Source of the DNA: Candidatus Saccharimonadia bacterium
Lineage (GTDB): Bacteria > Patescibacteriota > SICC01
DNA: 64,000 nucleotides
NCBI GenBank assembly: GCA_025449535.1
Contig: JANWJF010000001.1
Coordinates: forward strand, 485,136-549,135
Direction: 5' to 3'
In this document: positions 17,697 to 26,502 of the stretch, piece by piece
Layout of the letters: every line of letters starts with the position of its first letter
Numbering within the stretch: the first letter of the stretch is position 1
Notes under the pieces: generated by a model
What the model was told of the DNA's origin: nothing
Seen by the model: only the letters and a program-made list of their open reading frames with translations
The model's database searches: none
Made by a program: the position numbers and the translations under genes

Positions 17697-18830
17697 CTAG
17701 GCGCCGTACTTCTTCCGGTTGGCGTCGTACAGTTCCTTGAACAGCAACAGTTGCGCGCCGGAGCCGATCACCACAGTGGCGAACGCGACCATCGCCCCGA
17801 TCGTGGGAATCGCGGTGACGAGGTAGTAGATCGCCAGGCCAAGCGTCCCCGCCCCGAAGGCCGGCCAGAACCGGTCGGGGAGCTTCCGGACGAGTGCGCC
17901 GCCGATCGCCAACGCCGCGAAGACCTTGGCGGAGTACAGCACCAGCCCGTAGGCGAACAGGGTGAAGAGGCTGAGCGGTACCCCGACCAAGGAAATCAGC
18001 AGGATGCCGGCCAGCAGCGGCGTCACGAGCAGGAACCCAAGGCCTGCCAGTAGGCTGATGCCCGGTCGGCCGGTGAGGAGTTCGGACGCGTGTACCGCGG
18101 CCCGGCGGGCGTAAAGCAGGATGCCGAGCAGCAGCAGCACCGCGCCGAGGAACCAGAAGATCTGGCCGTTCAGCCGGTCGAGGAACGTCTCTTGTTCCTG
18201 CTCCTGCTTGGAGAAGTCGACGGAACCGTCGACGGTCGAGCCCTTGTCGCGGACCACTTCCTCCGGACCGGAGTAAGTGACGTTGCCGGCGATCCGCGAT
18301 CCCGATGCCAAGCGGAAGTCGCTACCGGTTTCGGCGTCGAGGTTCCCGCCGACGGTCCCGGAGACCTGTAGGGTGTCCGATCCGACCCTGGCGTCACTCC
18401 CGATCGCGCCGACCAGCGTGACGTCCTGTCCGTAACCGACCAGGTCGCCGGCGATGCGGGCGCCCTTGGTCACGTCGAGACTGTTGCCGAAGAGGATCGC
18501 GTCCCGACCGATCCGACCGGAGATGGTCACCTCGGACCCGGCCGCCCGGACCGACCCGCCCACGGTGCCGCGGATATCTACCTTGGCGCCGGCGGCCCAG
18601 ACGTTGCCGGTCACCCGGCCGAGGACGGTGACCTCGGACCCGGCCGCGACCACGTCACCTTCCACCGTCCCGACTATTGTGACGCTGTCGCCGACGGCGT
18701 AGAGGTCGTCCTTGATCACCTGGTCCCGCCCCACGTTGACCACGTCGGCGGCGCGTCCGGTGGCGGCCTGGACCGTCGCCGGGACCAGCAGGCCTCCGAC
18801 CAACGCGACCGCGATGAGCACACGTTTCAT
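17697..18830 (-). CDS. Polymer-forming (bactofilin-like) beta-helix protein with a C-terminal multi-TM domain
   Basis: Repeats G.V.I.G.V.GD/N; signal peptide; C-terminal TM helices. Confidence 0.85.
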   Translation of the reverse strand: MKRVLIAVALVGGLLVPATVQAATGRAADVVNVGRDQVIKDDLYAVGDSVTIVGTVEGDVVAAGSEVTVLGRVTGNVWAAGAKVDIRGTVGGSVRAAGSEVTISGRIGRDAILFGNSLDVTKGARIAGDLVGYGQDVTLVGAIGSDARVGSDTLQVSGTVGGNLDAETGSDFRLASGSRIAGNVTYSGPEEVVRDKGSTVDGSVDFSKQEQEQETFLDRLNGQIFWFLGAVLLLLGILLYARRAAVHASELLTGRPGISLLAGLGFLLVTPLLAGILLISLVGVPLSLFTLFAYGLVLYSAKVFAALAIGGALVRKLPDRFWPAFGAGTLGLAIYYLVTAIPTIGAMVAFATVVIGSGAQLLLFKELYDANRKKYGA

Positions 18831-19008
18831 GCTTTCAATATACGCCATGAATAGCAACAAGCGACCGGGCCAAGGGGGCAAGCCCGATCACTCGCTGCAG
18901 TCGCCCCTGGAGGTGTGCCGTCTCCAGAAGCCAGCCAGCGTAGCAATTAATTCTATGGTTGTCAACAAAAAACGCCCCAAGGGGCGATGTTCGCGGCAAC
19001 CTTCCGAA

Positions 19009-19191
19009 TCAGGCCTCGAACCGGGAGAGCAGCTTGTCGTTCTCCTGGGACAGCTGGCTGAGTAGACGCCGGATCTTCTGGGCGTCGCGCCGGTTCGGCT
19101 TCTCGGCGGCCAAGGCTTCCAGCATATAATCGATATCCTCGTATTCCTCGAGGAGGACTTTGAGCAGATGTTGGACGTATACGGTCTTCAT
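19009..19191 (-). CDS. Small helical hypothetical protein, 60 aa
   Basis: Coiled-coil-like ORF downstream of a terminator-containing leader. Confidence 0.55.
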   Translation of the reverse strand: MKTVYVQHLLKVLLEEYEDIDYMLEALAAEKPNRRDAQKIRRLLSQLSQENDKLLSRFEA

Positions 19192-19283
19192 GGGTACAAA
19201 AAAACAGCCACGAGATGTGTCTGTTTCCTCCGTTTCCCTTGCGGGACCAGCATTATGCGCCGCTCTCCAGGCAGTGTCAACGC

Positions 19284-19703
19284 CTAGCGTTTCGCCTTGG
19301 CTGTGCGCTTCATGCGCGTGCCGAGCGTCGTCTTGATCTTCCCGACGATGTCGTCCGGAAGGTGGAAGGTCTTCACCAGGAATTCCTTCGCCCCGAGCGA
19401 GAGCGCCAACCGCTTGTCGTTGTCCGCGCGCTCACCGCCGAGATTGGTCAGGACGATCACCGGGATCCGCTTGGTGGCGGCCTGTTCGCCGAGCTTCTTC
19501 AGCACCTCGAACCCGTTCAACTCCGGCAGCATGATGTCGAGCAGGATCAGGTCCGGCTTCAGGCGCCGGGCGAGGGCTAGGCCCTCCTTGCCGTCCGTCG
19601 CCATGGTGACCCGGAACGTCTCGAGCTCCAGCTTGGTCTGATACAGCTCGGTGAGCATCGGATCGTCTTCGATGAGCAGGATATGGCCGCTAGCTTCCGA
19701 CAT
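19284..19703 (-). CDS. Single-domain response regulator
   Basis: LLIEDD, LLDIMLP (phospho-Asp), VLTN, FLVK. Confidence 0.93.
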   Translation of the reverse strand: MSEASGHILLIEDDPMLTELYQTKLELETFRVTMATDGKEGLALARRLKPDLILLDIMLPELNGFEVLKKLGEQAATKRIPVIVLTNLGGERADNDKRLALSLGAKEFLVKTFHLPDDIVGKIKTTLGTRMKRTAKAKR

Positions 19704-19818
19704 AATCACCAATGATGGGACGCGAGGGACGTCCCGTCAATGGCGCAAGTTCCAAGCCTACCCAGCTGGCGTTTTGGCAGTTGTGACAAAATGGCGCGGG
19801 CGTATGATGGTCCGTACT

Positions 19819-20937
19819 ATGGCGTTCACGTTCTCACCGCCGTTCGCCCGCACCGTCGTCAACCAGGTAATGAGCCTGCTCGGCAAGGACGTCACGTTGA
19901 CCGATCCGGACGGCGCCGTGCTGGCCTCGTACAACCCCGACGCGGTCGGTAGCAAGCTGGACGTCGGCAAGACGGCGTCCGCCTCGGGAATCGTGTCGCT
20001 GGAGGACGGCGTCGGGTTCGCGGTGACGAACAGCGGCACGGCGGTCGGCGTCCTGGTGATCCACGCGGACGGCAAGGAAGTGAAGGACACCGTCCCGATG
20101 ACGCGCAGCCTGGTGGAGCTGCTGATCGGCCGCGAGGCCGACCAAGGCCTCTCCGGCAACCTCGACCAGCTGCTCTGGCAGTTCTTCAACGCCACCACCG
20201 ACGCCGAACGCGAACGGCTGGTCCACGACAGCCAACTGCTGGGACTCGACCTCACCAAGCCGCGGTTCGTGGTCCTGGTGTCCATCCCGGGATTCGCGGA
20301 CAAGCTCACCGCCAGCAAGGACAAGGAGTTGGCGATCGAGCGGATCCGGGACCGGCTGAACCGGGAGATCACGGCGATCTTCCCGACTACCGATGACAAC
20401 GCGATATCCTACTTCGGCCACGACGAGTTCCTGATCCTCAAGGACGCCTCCCGCGGTGAGGAGACGTTCGACCTCTTCCGGAAGAAGAGCGACCGGATGC
20501 TGGCGAACCTCGGTACCGAGGGCGTGACGGCCGGCGTCGGCGGCATCTACCCCGGCCTCAGCGGGCTCAACAACTCGTTTTCCGAGGCGGACTCGGCGCT
20601 GCGGCTGGGCCGGAAGCTCCACGGTCCGGGCAAGGTCTACGAGGTCGGCGACCTCGGGCTGTACGTGGTGTTCGGCAACGTCCCGCGCGACCGTCAGATC
20701 GTCCTGGCCAAGCGCCGGCTGGCGCCGCTGCTTCGGGACGAGCACCTCACCAAGACCGTCCGAGCGTACTTCGGGGCCAACCTCAACCTGACCCAGGCGG
20801 CCAAGGAGCTCCACGTCCATCGCAACACGTTGATTTACCGGCTTCGCAAGGTGAAGGACCTGATCGGCCTCGACCCCGAGGCGTTCGACGACGCCGTCCA
20901 GTTGAAGATGGCGTTGTCGTTGCTGGATTTGTCCTGA
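19819..20937 (+). CDS. CdaR/PucR family transcriptional regulator
   Basis: N-terminal sugar-diacid-recognition-like domain; C-terminal AAKELHVHRNTLIYRL HTH. Confidence 0.9.
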   Translation: MAFTFSPPFARTVVNQVMSLLGKDVTLTDPDGAVLASYNPDAVGSKLDVGKTASASGIVSLEDGVGFAVTNSGTAVGVLVIHADGKEVKDTVPMTRSLVELLIGREADQGLSGNLDQLLWQFFNATTDAERERLVHDSQLLGLDLTKPRFVVLVSIPGFADKLTASKDKELAIERIRDRLNREITAIFPTTDDNAISYFGHDEFLILKDASRGEETFDLFRKKSDRMLANLGTEGVTAGVGGIYPGLSGLNNSFSEADSALRLGRKLHGPGKVYEVGDLGLYVVFGNVPRDRQIVLAKRRLAPLLRDEHLTKTVRAYFGANLNLTQAAKELHVHRNTLIYRLRKVKDLIGLDPEAFDDAVQLKMALSLLDLS

Positions 20938-20939
20938 AC

Positions 20940-21087
20940 GTCCTGACCGAACTCCGGGTCCAGCCAGCGGGGCGGAACCGGATGACCGCCGGAACGCTGC
21001 TGATCACGGCCGAGCGGCCGACCCCGATTTCCCCGGCTTCAGGGCGCTCCGGACGGTCACCGGTTCCGCCTTGTTCCCGGGCAGGAC
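20940..21087. other. ~148-nt irregular hairpin (candidate structured RNA)
   Basis: GTCCTG/CAGGAC closing stem; GGCGGAACCGG 20971-20981 with CCGGTTCCGCC 21060-21070; TGACCG/CGGTCA; CCGGA/TCCGG. Confidence 0.6.
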
Positions 21088-21191
21088 AAATCCTCGTTGG
21101 GTTTTGGTGGGATTTTCGTAAGTTTGCCTAATGCTCGGTCGGCAAGACGTGGTATGGTATTGTCTGGACTTGATGATTTACTTGATTGCTT

Positions 21192-21473
21192 ATGGCTAAG
21201 AAAGGCACATCCACGGGTACGTCGCGCAGGGGATTCGCCTCCATGACTCCGGCGCGTGTGCGTGAAGTGGCCGCCAAGGGCGGCAAGAAGACCGCCCAGG
21301 GGCACGACATGGCGATGATCGGGCAGGCCGGCGGCAAGGCCACGGCCGAGCGCGGCGCCGCCTACTTCGCGCGAATCGGACGGCTCGGCGGCAAGGCCGG
21401 CAAACGCGGTCCCGCCAAGCAGACTGCCGCTCCGGCGCGGTCTCGGACCAGGACCCGCGGCAGCCAGGCGTGA
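21192..21473 (+). CDS. KGG-repeat general stress protein
   Basis: RGFASM..REVAAKGG, IGQAGG and IGRLGG repeats. Confidence 0.85.
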   Translation: MAKKGTSTGTSRRGFASMTPARVREVAAKGGKKTAQGHDMAMIGQAGGKATAERGAAYFARIGRLGGKAGKRGPAKQTAAPARSRTRTRGSQA

Positions 21474-21722
21474 GCGCCTTTGGCGAAAGTTCCAACGGTC
21501 GCTCCGGGAAGCGGCCGGTTTTTTGGCGGTTCCTCCATCGTACCGGCCATCCCGGCCCGGTAGCGTGGTAACCGGACGACAGGGCGTCCACTTCACAACA
21601 AGGATCTCCGCAGGGCAACTCCTACAAGTAGTGTCGCATCGGACCCGTGACTCCCGTCGGCCCGTGGGCCGCCGGGGCACCGGACCACTTAGCATCACCA
21701 GGGTTTAGCACCGAGAGATCCA

Positions 21723-22277
21723 TCAGCCGCGAGTAGAGGCCCCGAGCGTCTCGGGGCCTTCGTGGCGTGCCGGTCTCGAGGCGAAGAGCAGCTGGGGCGC
21801 GGTCTTGTCCCGGGATTTGGCAAGCCGGTAGACCGGCAAGGGTTCGTGCCGCCGGACCCGTCGTCCTTCGGGCAACCGGATCGGCAGGACCGGTCCGAGC
21901 AACAGGTTGGTGAGGATCGCCTGGGCGACGAGTACGCTTTCCTTCACGAGGTGCTTCTTCCCCGTGGCGATGGTCACGTGGTACGTGCCGATCGGGTCGC
22001 GGCGCCAATTCCAGGTGGTCTGGCCGCTGGCGCAAAGGCCGCGGCGCTCGAGGATCGCCAGCATCACGTGCTCGAACACGTGGCCGAGCTCGGTGTCCTC
22101 CAGCTCCTCCGTGAACGGCAGGCCGCTGCGGTTGTAACAAAGATGCTCCCGGAGGGAGGGGAGCATGTCGAGGAGGTGGGCGCGGAGTTGGTCGACTTGG
22201 GAACTGTAGAGGGAGTGGTGGAACCGGATCGTGATCCGGGTATGCCGGGGGAAGAACGTGATGGCGCTGATTTCCAT
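21723..22277 (-). CDS. Stand-alone cyanophycin-synthetase N-domain-like protein
   Basis: LPSLREHLC..F.EEL..T.LGHVFEHV..GQT motif. Confidence 0.75.
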   Translation of the reverse strand: MEISAITFFPRHTRITIRFHHSLYSSQVDQLRAHLLDMLPSLREHLCYNRSGLPFTEELEDTELGHVFEHVMLAILERRGLCASGQTTWNWRRDPIGTYHVTIATGKKHLVKESVLVAQAILTNLLLGPVLPIRLPEGRRVRRHEPLPVYRLAKSRDKTAPQLLFASRPARHEGPETLGASTRG

Positions 22278-22466
22278 GGCCCTTGTTTATGGACCCACCC
22301 TAGTTATCTACATCTAGTGGGTCAATCCACAGCAATCCCCAATATGTGGAACATTCCTGTGCCTGTCATCCCCAGCGCTCGGCTGGGTTATACACTTCCT
22401 TGCCTGTCGGGGATACCCCAGGGACCTTTCGCGTGTCCACGCCCGGGCGGTGTATAGTAGGCAGCA

Positions 22467-23000
22467 ATGGCGGTAAATCCCGTATTGAACCAGTCCCCGA
22501 ACCGGATCCGGAACGCCTTCCTACTCGGCGCCGGGGTCGGCGTGGTGATCGCGCTGGTACTCGGCGCGCTGATCCGCGGAGGCGCGGCCAGCGCCGACGA
22601 CCTCAAGGGCGTCGAGGAGCGGCTGACCGCGATCGAGGAGAAGCTGGCGACGCCGACCCCGGTCCCGAAGGCCAGTGCCGCGCCGGAATCACTCACGCTC
22701 AGCGCCATCAACGAATCGCCCGAGAAGCACATCGGCCAGACGGTCGAGCTGTCCGGCAAGGTGTCCAGCGAACACCAGGGCGTCGGGTTCATCCTGGTCG
22801 ACGCGGACGGCAGCTACCTCTGGGTGCATACCAACGCGAACATCCCGGAAGGCACCGCGACCGTGAAGGGCAAGGTGGTCAAGCTGGAGGACCAGCTCGC
22901 GGAGTGGAAGAGCGAGCCGGGCTGGCCGGATGACGACACCACGCTCACCTCGCGGCTGCGCGAGGAAGTGATCTTCGTCGAGGCGGAGGACGTCTCCTGA
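22467..23000 (+). CDS. Membrane-anchored OB-fold-like hypothetical protein
   Basis: N-terminal TM; PEKHIGQTVELSGKV..F.LVD..G.LWV..ATVKGKV. Confidence 0.7.
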   Translation: MAVNPVLNQSPNRIRNAFLLGAGVGVVIALVLGALIRGGAASADDLKGVEERLTAIEEKLATPTPVPKASAAPESLTLSAINESPEKHIGQTVELSGKVSSEHQGVGFILVDADGSYLWVHTNANIPEGTATVKGKVVKLEDQLAEWKSEPGWPDDDTTLTSRLREEVIFVEAEDVS

Positions 23001-23284
23001 TGCCGACGTTGGTGGTCAGCTGGATCGTGGTGGGCGCCCTGGCCGGGTTCCTGACCTATTCGTTGTCCCGACGCCGGCTGCCGGGCGGCTTGTTCGCGAA
23101 CCTCGTGGTGGGTATCGTCGGCGCCTTGGTCGGTGGGTACCTGATTTCCGACACCACCGGCACCGACGTCGCCCGCGGCGCGGTGACCTGGGGCATCCTG
23201 GCCGCTGCCCTGGTCGCGGCCCTGACCGCCTCGTTCATCGTCCAAGGCGAAGCGAAGGCGCGGACGAACGGACAGAAATCTTAG
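23000..23284 (+). CDS. GlsB/YeaQ/YmgE transglycosylase-associated membrane protein
   Basis: WIVVGALAG..NLVVGIVGALVGG pattern. Confidence 0.85.
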   Translation: MPTLVVSWIVVGALAGFLTYSLSRRRLPGGLFANLVVGIVGALVGGYLISDTTGTDVARGAVTWGILAAALVAALTASFIVQGEAKARTNGQKS

Positions 23285-23832
23285 AGTCGGTACACCGTAT
23301 GGTTGGCGGGGTTCATGCCTTCTTCAACCGTGTCGTCCTTGACGACTGCTAAGACGACCTCTTTAATCGTCCCTACGCAGACGCAGCCGTCCTTTAGGTA
23401 CTTTAGGGCTTCCCCATACTGCCTTGCGGGTAAATCTCGCCCGATCGTAATGTGGGGTTCGAAGTTCTTTTCGTACTCCTGGTGACGAGCATCGACATAG
23501 TTGGTGTACTGAACCAGAGCCGACAAGAGCGCTCTCTGAAGGTTGACCAACTGCCGGGCAGACTGGGCACGAATCATGATCGTACTGTCTGGCTCCGTTT
23601 GCTTAGCGACAACTTCATCAAAACGGACAGTCATTTTTCCAGGTAGCTTTCGGTTTGAGAAAAAGTGGTCTAGTTGATTTCGTATTGTGGGAACTTTTTC
23701 ATCTTCTATGAAGCAAGGCTGCTTCAAGGTGTTGTGGAAGTGCCACGGCTCGTCGTACTTTTTTCGAAACTCGTCCAACCAGTCAGGCCGCTCCGTCAGA
23801 CGGAGTTTCGTGTAAACGGCGAATATCCTCAT
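23281..23832 (-). CDS. 2H phosphoesterase (2'-5' RNA ligase family)
   Basis: Two HxT motifs (HNTL, PHITI); ATG shares its A with the tRNA CCA. Confidence 0.8.
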   Translation of the reverse strand: MRIFAVYTKLRLTERPDWLDEFRKKYDEPWHFHNTLKQPCFIEDEKVPTIRNQLDHFFSNRKLPGKMTVRFDEVVAKQTEPDSTIMIRAQSARQLVNLQRALLSALVQYTNYVDARHQEYEKNFEPHITIGRDLPARQYGEALKYLKDGCVCVGTIKEVVLAVVKDDTVEEGMNPANHTVYRL

Positions 23833-23906
23833 GGTGGCAGTGGCAGGATTCGAACCTGCGACCAACAGCTTATGAGTCTGCTGCTCTACCGCTGAGCTAC
23901 ACTGCC
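23832..23906 (-). tRNA. tRNA-Met(CAT), probably elongator
   Basis: GGCAGTG/CACTGCC acceptor stem, CTCATAA loop, encoded CCA. Confidence 0.92.
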
Positions 23907-23923
23907 GTGCCCGTACAGTATAC

Positions 23924-23951
23924 GAAATGCCTACCCGTAGGTAGGCATTTC
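23924..23951. terminator. Perfect 12-bp hairpin between the two Met tRNAs
   Basis: GAAATGCCTACC-cgta-GGTAGGCATTTC. Confidence 0.6.
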
Positions 23952-23957
23952 TCCGTG

Positions 23958-24029
23958 TAGCGGGGGCAGGATTCGAACCTGCGACCTCGTGGTTATGAGC
24001 CACGCGAGCTGCCACTGCTCCACCCCGCA
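23958..24029 (-). tRNA. Initiator tRNA-fMet(CAT)
   Basis: U1xU72 mismatch, A11-U24 pair, GCGGGGTGGAGCAG start, CTCATAA loop. Confidence 0.9.
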
Positions 24030-24087
24030 ATGCGCCGGCACGTCTTTGTGTCGGTTGTATCAGTATAAGAAGTCCGCCACGGGACCG

Positions 24088-24930
24088 TCAATGAGCGTCC
24101 GGACGGGGCCTTTGGAGCTTGCCTCGCGACGTGCCACCCCGCTTCAACGACTCGATGGCTTCCGCCGGACGGTCCGACCGCATCAGCGCGGTCCCGATCA
24201 GTACGGCGTCCACGCCGCGGGCGTTGTACTTGCGCAGCTTCTGCCGCGACTTCGCGTCCACGCCGAACCCGCTTTCCGTGACGACGGTCACGCCTTCCGG
24301 CGTAGCCTCCAGCAACTCTCCGGTCACGGCGACGTCCACCGGCAGGCCCTCTGCGCGCAAGTTCCGATTGTTGATGCCGATGATCCCGGCGCCGGATCGG
24401 ACCGCCCGGTCCAGGTCCTCCGCGTCATGGGCTTCCACGAGCGCGTCCAGGCCGAAACTCTCGGCGTATTCGCGGAGATACCGCAGCTGTTTCGCATCCA
24501 ACTGGCTGGCGATCAGCAGCACCGCGTCGGCGCCGAAGGCCTTGGCCTCGAGCAACTGGTACGGATGGGTGAGGAAGTCCTTGCGCAGCAGCGGCTGGGA
24601 AGTCCGTTCCCGCAACGCGGCCAGGTGCCGGAGCGAACCGCCGAACTTCGTCTCCTCGGTGAGCACCGAGATCGCGTCGGCAGGCGCATACAGCTCGGCG
24701 ATCTCATCGGGACTGACATCCCGAATGCTACCTTCCGTCGGGGAAGCCGGCTTGTATTCGGCGATCACCGACAAGCCGTCCGTGCGCAACGCCCGACCGA
24801 AGCAACCGTCGCGGTGGCGCCAGCGTTCGACTTGCTCGATCAGCGCGCCCAGCCGGACCTCCTCGCGCCGCCGCATCGCGGCCTCCAGCGAGGCTTCCGA
24901 GAGTTCCTCCAGTACGGCAGGGGTTTCCAT
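24088..24930 (-). CDS. trpC: Indole-3-glycerol phosphate synthase
   Basis: IAEYKPASP, ISVLTE, LRKDF, LVE, GINNRNL and ESG motifs. Confidence 0.92.
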   Translation of the reverse strand: METPAVLEELSEASLEAAMRRREEVRLGALIEQVERWRHRDGCFGRALRTDGLSVIAEYKPASPTEGSIRDVSPDEIAELYAPADAISVLTEETKFGGSLRHLAALRERTSQPLLRKDFLTHPYQLLEAKAFGADAVLLIASQLDAKQLRYLREYAESFGLDALVEAHDAEDLDRAVRSGAGIIGINNRNLRAEGLPVDVAVTGELLEATPEGVTVVTESGFGVDAKSRQKLRKYNARGVDAVLIGTALMRSDRPAEAIESLKRGGTSRGKLQRPRPDAH

Positions 24931-24949
24931 GACCGGTTACCGTAACAAA

Positions 24950-25792
24950 TCAGTCCTGCCGAAGCGAGGCCATGGCGCCGATTACCCCGGCGTCGTCGCC
25001 GTGCTTGGTTTCGACGATCTCAATCGCCCCGATGCCCTCGAGATGTCCGTTCGTCTTCCGTTCGATCTCGGGAAGGCGTGCTGCCTGCTTCTCGGCTACA
25101 CCGCCGCCCAGCACGAAGCGTGCCGTCGGATGGGCCCGGTACAGGTCGTAAAGTCCCCGGGCGAACCAATCGGTGACGTCGCCCAGCTCCTCGTCCGAGA
25201 GTTCCGCGGGCGGCTTCCCGAACCGCTTCTGCAGGTAGCCGCCGCCGACGTAGGCCTCGAAGCAGCCGTGCCGGCCGCAGTTGCACCGGGGGCTCGACTC
25301 GTCCCAGCGCAGGATCACGTGTCCCGGCTCCGGGGCGCCGACGATCCGCGGCTCGCCCTTATGGAATTCGACGATGCCGCCGCCGACGCCGGTACCCCAG
25401 GTGATGACCCAGCAGTCCTCGCTGTGGTCACCGAACGCGGCTTCGGCCCAGGCCGCCGCTTCTGCGTCGTTGACCAGCTTGATTCGGCAGCCGAACGACG
25501 CCTCCAGGTCGGCCTTGAGCGGCTTGCCACCCCAGTCCTTTAGATTAGCCGAGTGAAGTAACCCGGAACCATCCGGTGCATGTTCCCCCGCGACGCCCAG
25601 GCCGATGCCAGACGGGGATTCCTCGCCGACCAGGCTCCGGACCGCTTCGCCGAGCCGCTCCAGGTCGTCCGCATACGTGCCGCTGACCTCGAAGCGTTCG
25701 CGGCCCTTGATCTCGTCCGAATCCAACCCGTCGAACTCGGCGACCCGTCCGGACGTGCCGCCGATGTCGATACCGATGTACTTCTCACTCAT
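24950..25792 (-). CDS. ROK family sugar kinase
   Basis: GIDIGGT, NDA, GTGVGGG, EPGH, CNCG..GCFE. Confidence 0.93.
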   Translation of the reverse strand: MSEKYIGIDIGGTSGRVAEFDGLDSDEIKGRERFEVSGTYADDLERLGEAVRSLVGEESPSGIGLGVAGEHAPDGSGLLHSANLKDWGGKPLKADLEASFGCRIKLVNDAEAAAWAEAAFGDHSEDCWVITWGTGVGGGIVEFHKGEPRIVGAPEPGHVILRWDESSPRCNCGRHGCFEAYVGGGYLQKRFGKPPAELSDEELGDVTDWFARGLYDLYRAHPTARFVLGGGVAEKQAARLPEIERKTNGHLEGIGAIEIVETKHGDDAGVIGAMASLRQD

Positions 25793-25816
25793 AACTGAAC
25801 GAGTATACGAGAATCA

Positions 25817-26206
25817 TCATCCTTTGCCAAAAAAGTACTCCCACCATTGCTCGGGATTGGACGGCGGCGTTTCCGGACGGGCGCGCTCGCCGGGCTGGGT
25901 GATACTGACCAGCTCTTCGTTCTTCGGCTTCGGTACTACCACTACGCGCTCGCCGGGCCGCTGGTAGCCGAGCCGGGCCCGCGCCTCCTTCTCCTTGTAG
26001 GAGTCGGTGCGATAGTACGCGAGCAAGCTCTTCAGCTCGAGGTTCCGTTGCTTCAGCTCGTCTATCTCGTGCGAAAGGATCTTCTCGTCCTGGTGGACGC
26101 GGTAGTTCTCGTAGATCAGCTTGCCGGAACCGAGCAGCAGGTAGGCGAAGACCAGCACGCCGAAGGCGGTGATCGCGCGCCGCTTGAGCCATTCCGTGCG
26201 GTCCAT
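25817..26206 (-). CDS. Septum formation initiator (FtsB/DivIC family)
   Basis: TM, coiled coil, EKEARARLGY..PGE. Confidence 0.88.
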   Translation of the reverse strand: MDRTEWLKRRAITAFGVLVFAYLLLGSGKLIYENYRVHQDEKILSHEIDELKQRNLELKSLLAYYRTDSYKEKEARARLGYQRPGERVVVVPKPKNEELVSITQPGERARPETPPSNPEQWWEYFFGKG

Positions 26207-26317
26207 AGTGACAGCTTACCGCTTTGGCCGTCAGCTATCAGGCGTCGGATGATAAGGATAAGCTGGTAAGTGTGGAAACATGCGGGAAGAGGACTTTCAC
26301 ATCTTCGCTCGCTCGTC

Positions 26318-26390
26318 GGGCCCGTAGCTCAGCGGTTAGAGCACCCGGCTCATAACCGGGCGGTCCTAGGTTCGAATCCTAGCGGGCCCA
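26318..26390 (+). tRNA. tRNA-Ile2(CAT), lysidine-modified
   Basis: GGGCCCG/CGGGCCC Ile-type acceptor stem, CCCGG-CTCATAA-CCGGG; tilS is in the window. Confidence 0.88.
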
Positions 26391-26502
26391 CAATTTGTAG
26401 ATATTTTCCCGAGCCAAGGCCCAGGAAATACGAGACGCTTTAAAAACCCCTTGGTTACTTGACTTTTATGCTCATTTGGACTACTGTGAGACAATTTTGA
26501 AG

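Noticed and set aside
20940-21721. 6S or SRP RNA assignment for the two long hairpins
   Set aside because: Diagnostic motifs not recognisable by eye; left as unassigned structures.
23833-24030. ORF-track N-terminal extensions (also 4944-5450, 17085-17168, 40084-40443, 53912-54190, 59453-60109, 61242-61985)
   Set aside because: They run through tRNAs, RNA structures or other genes; better starts with -10 or SD support lie downstream.
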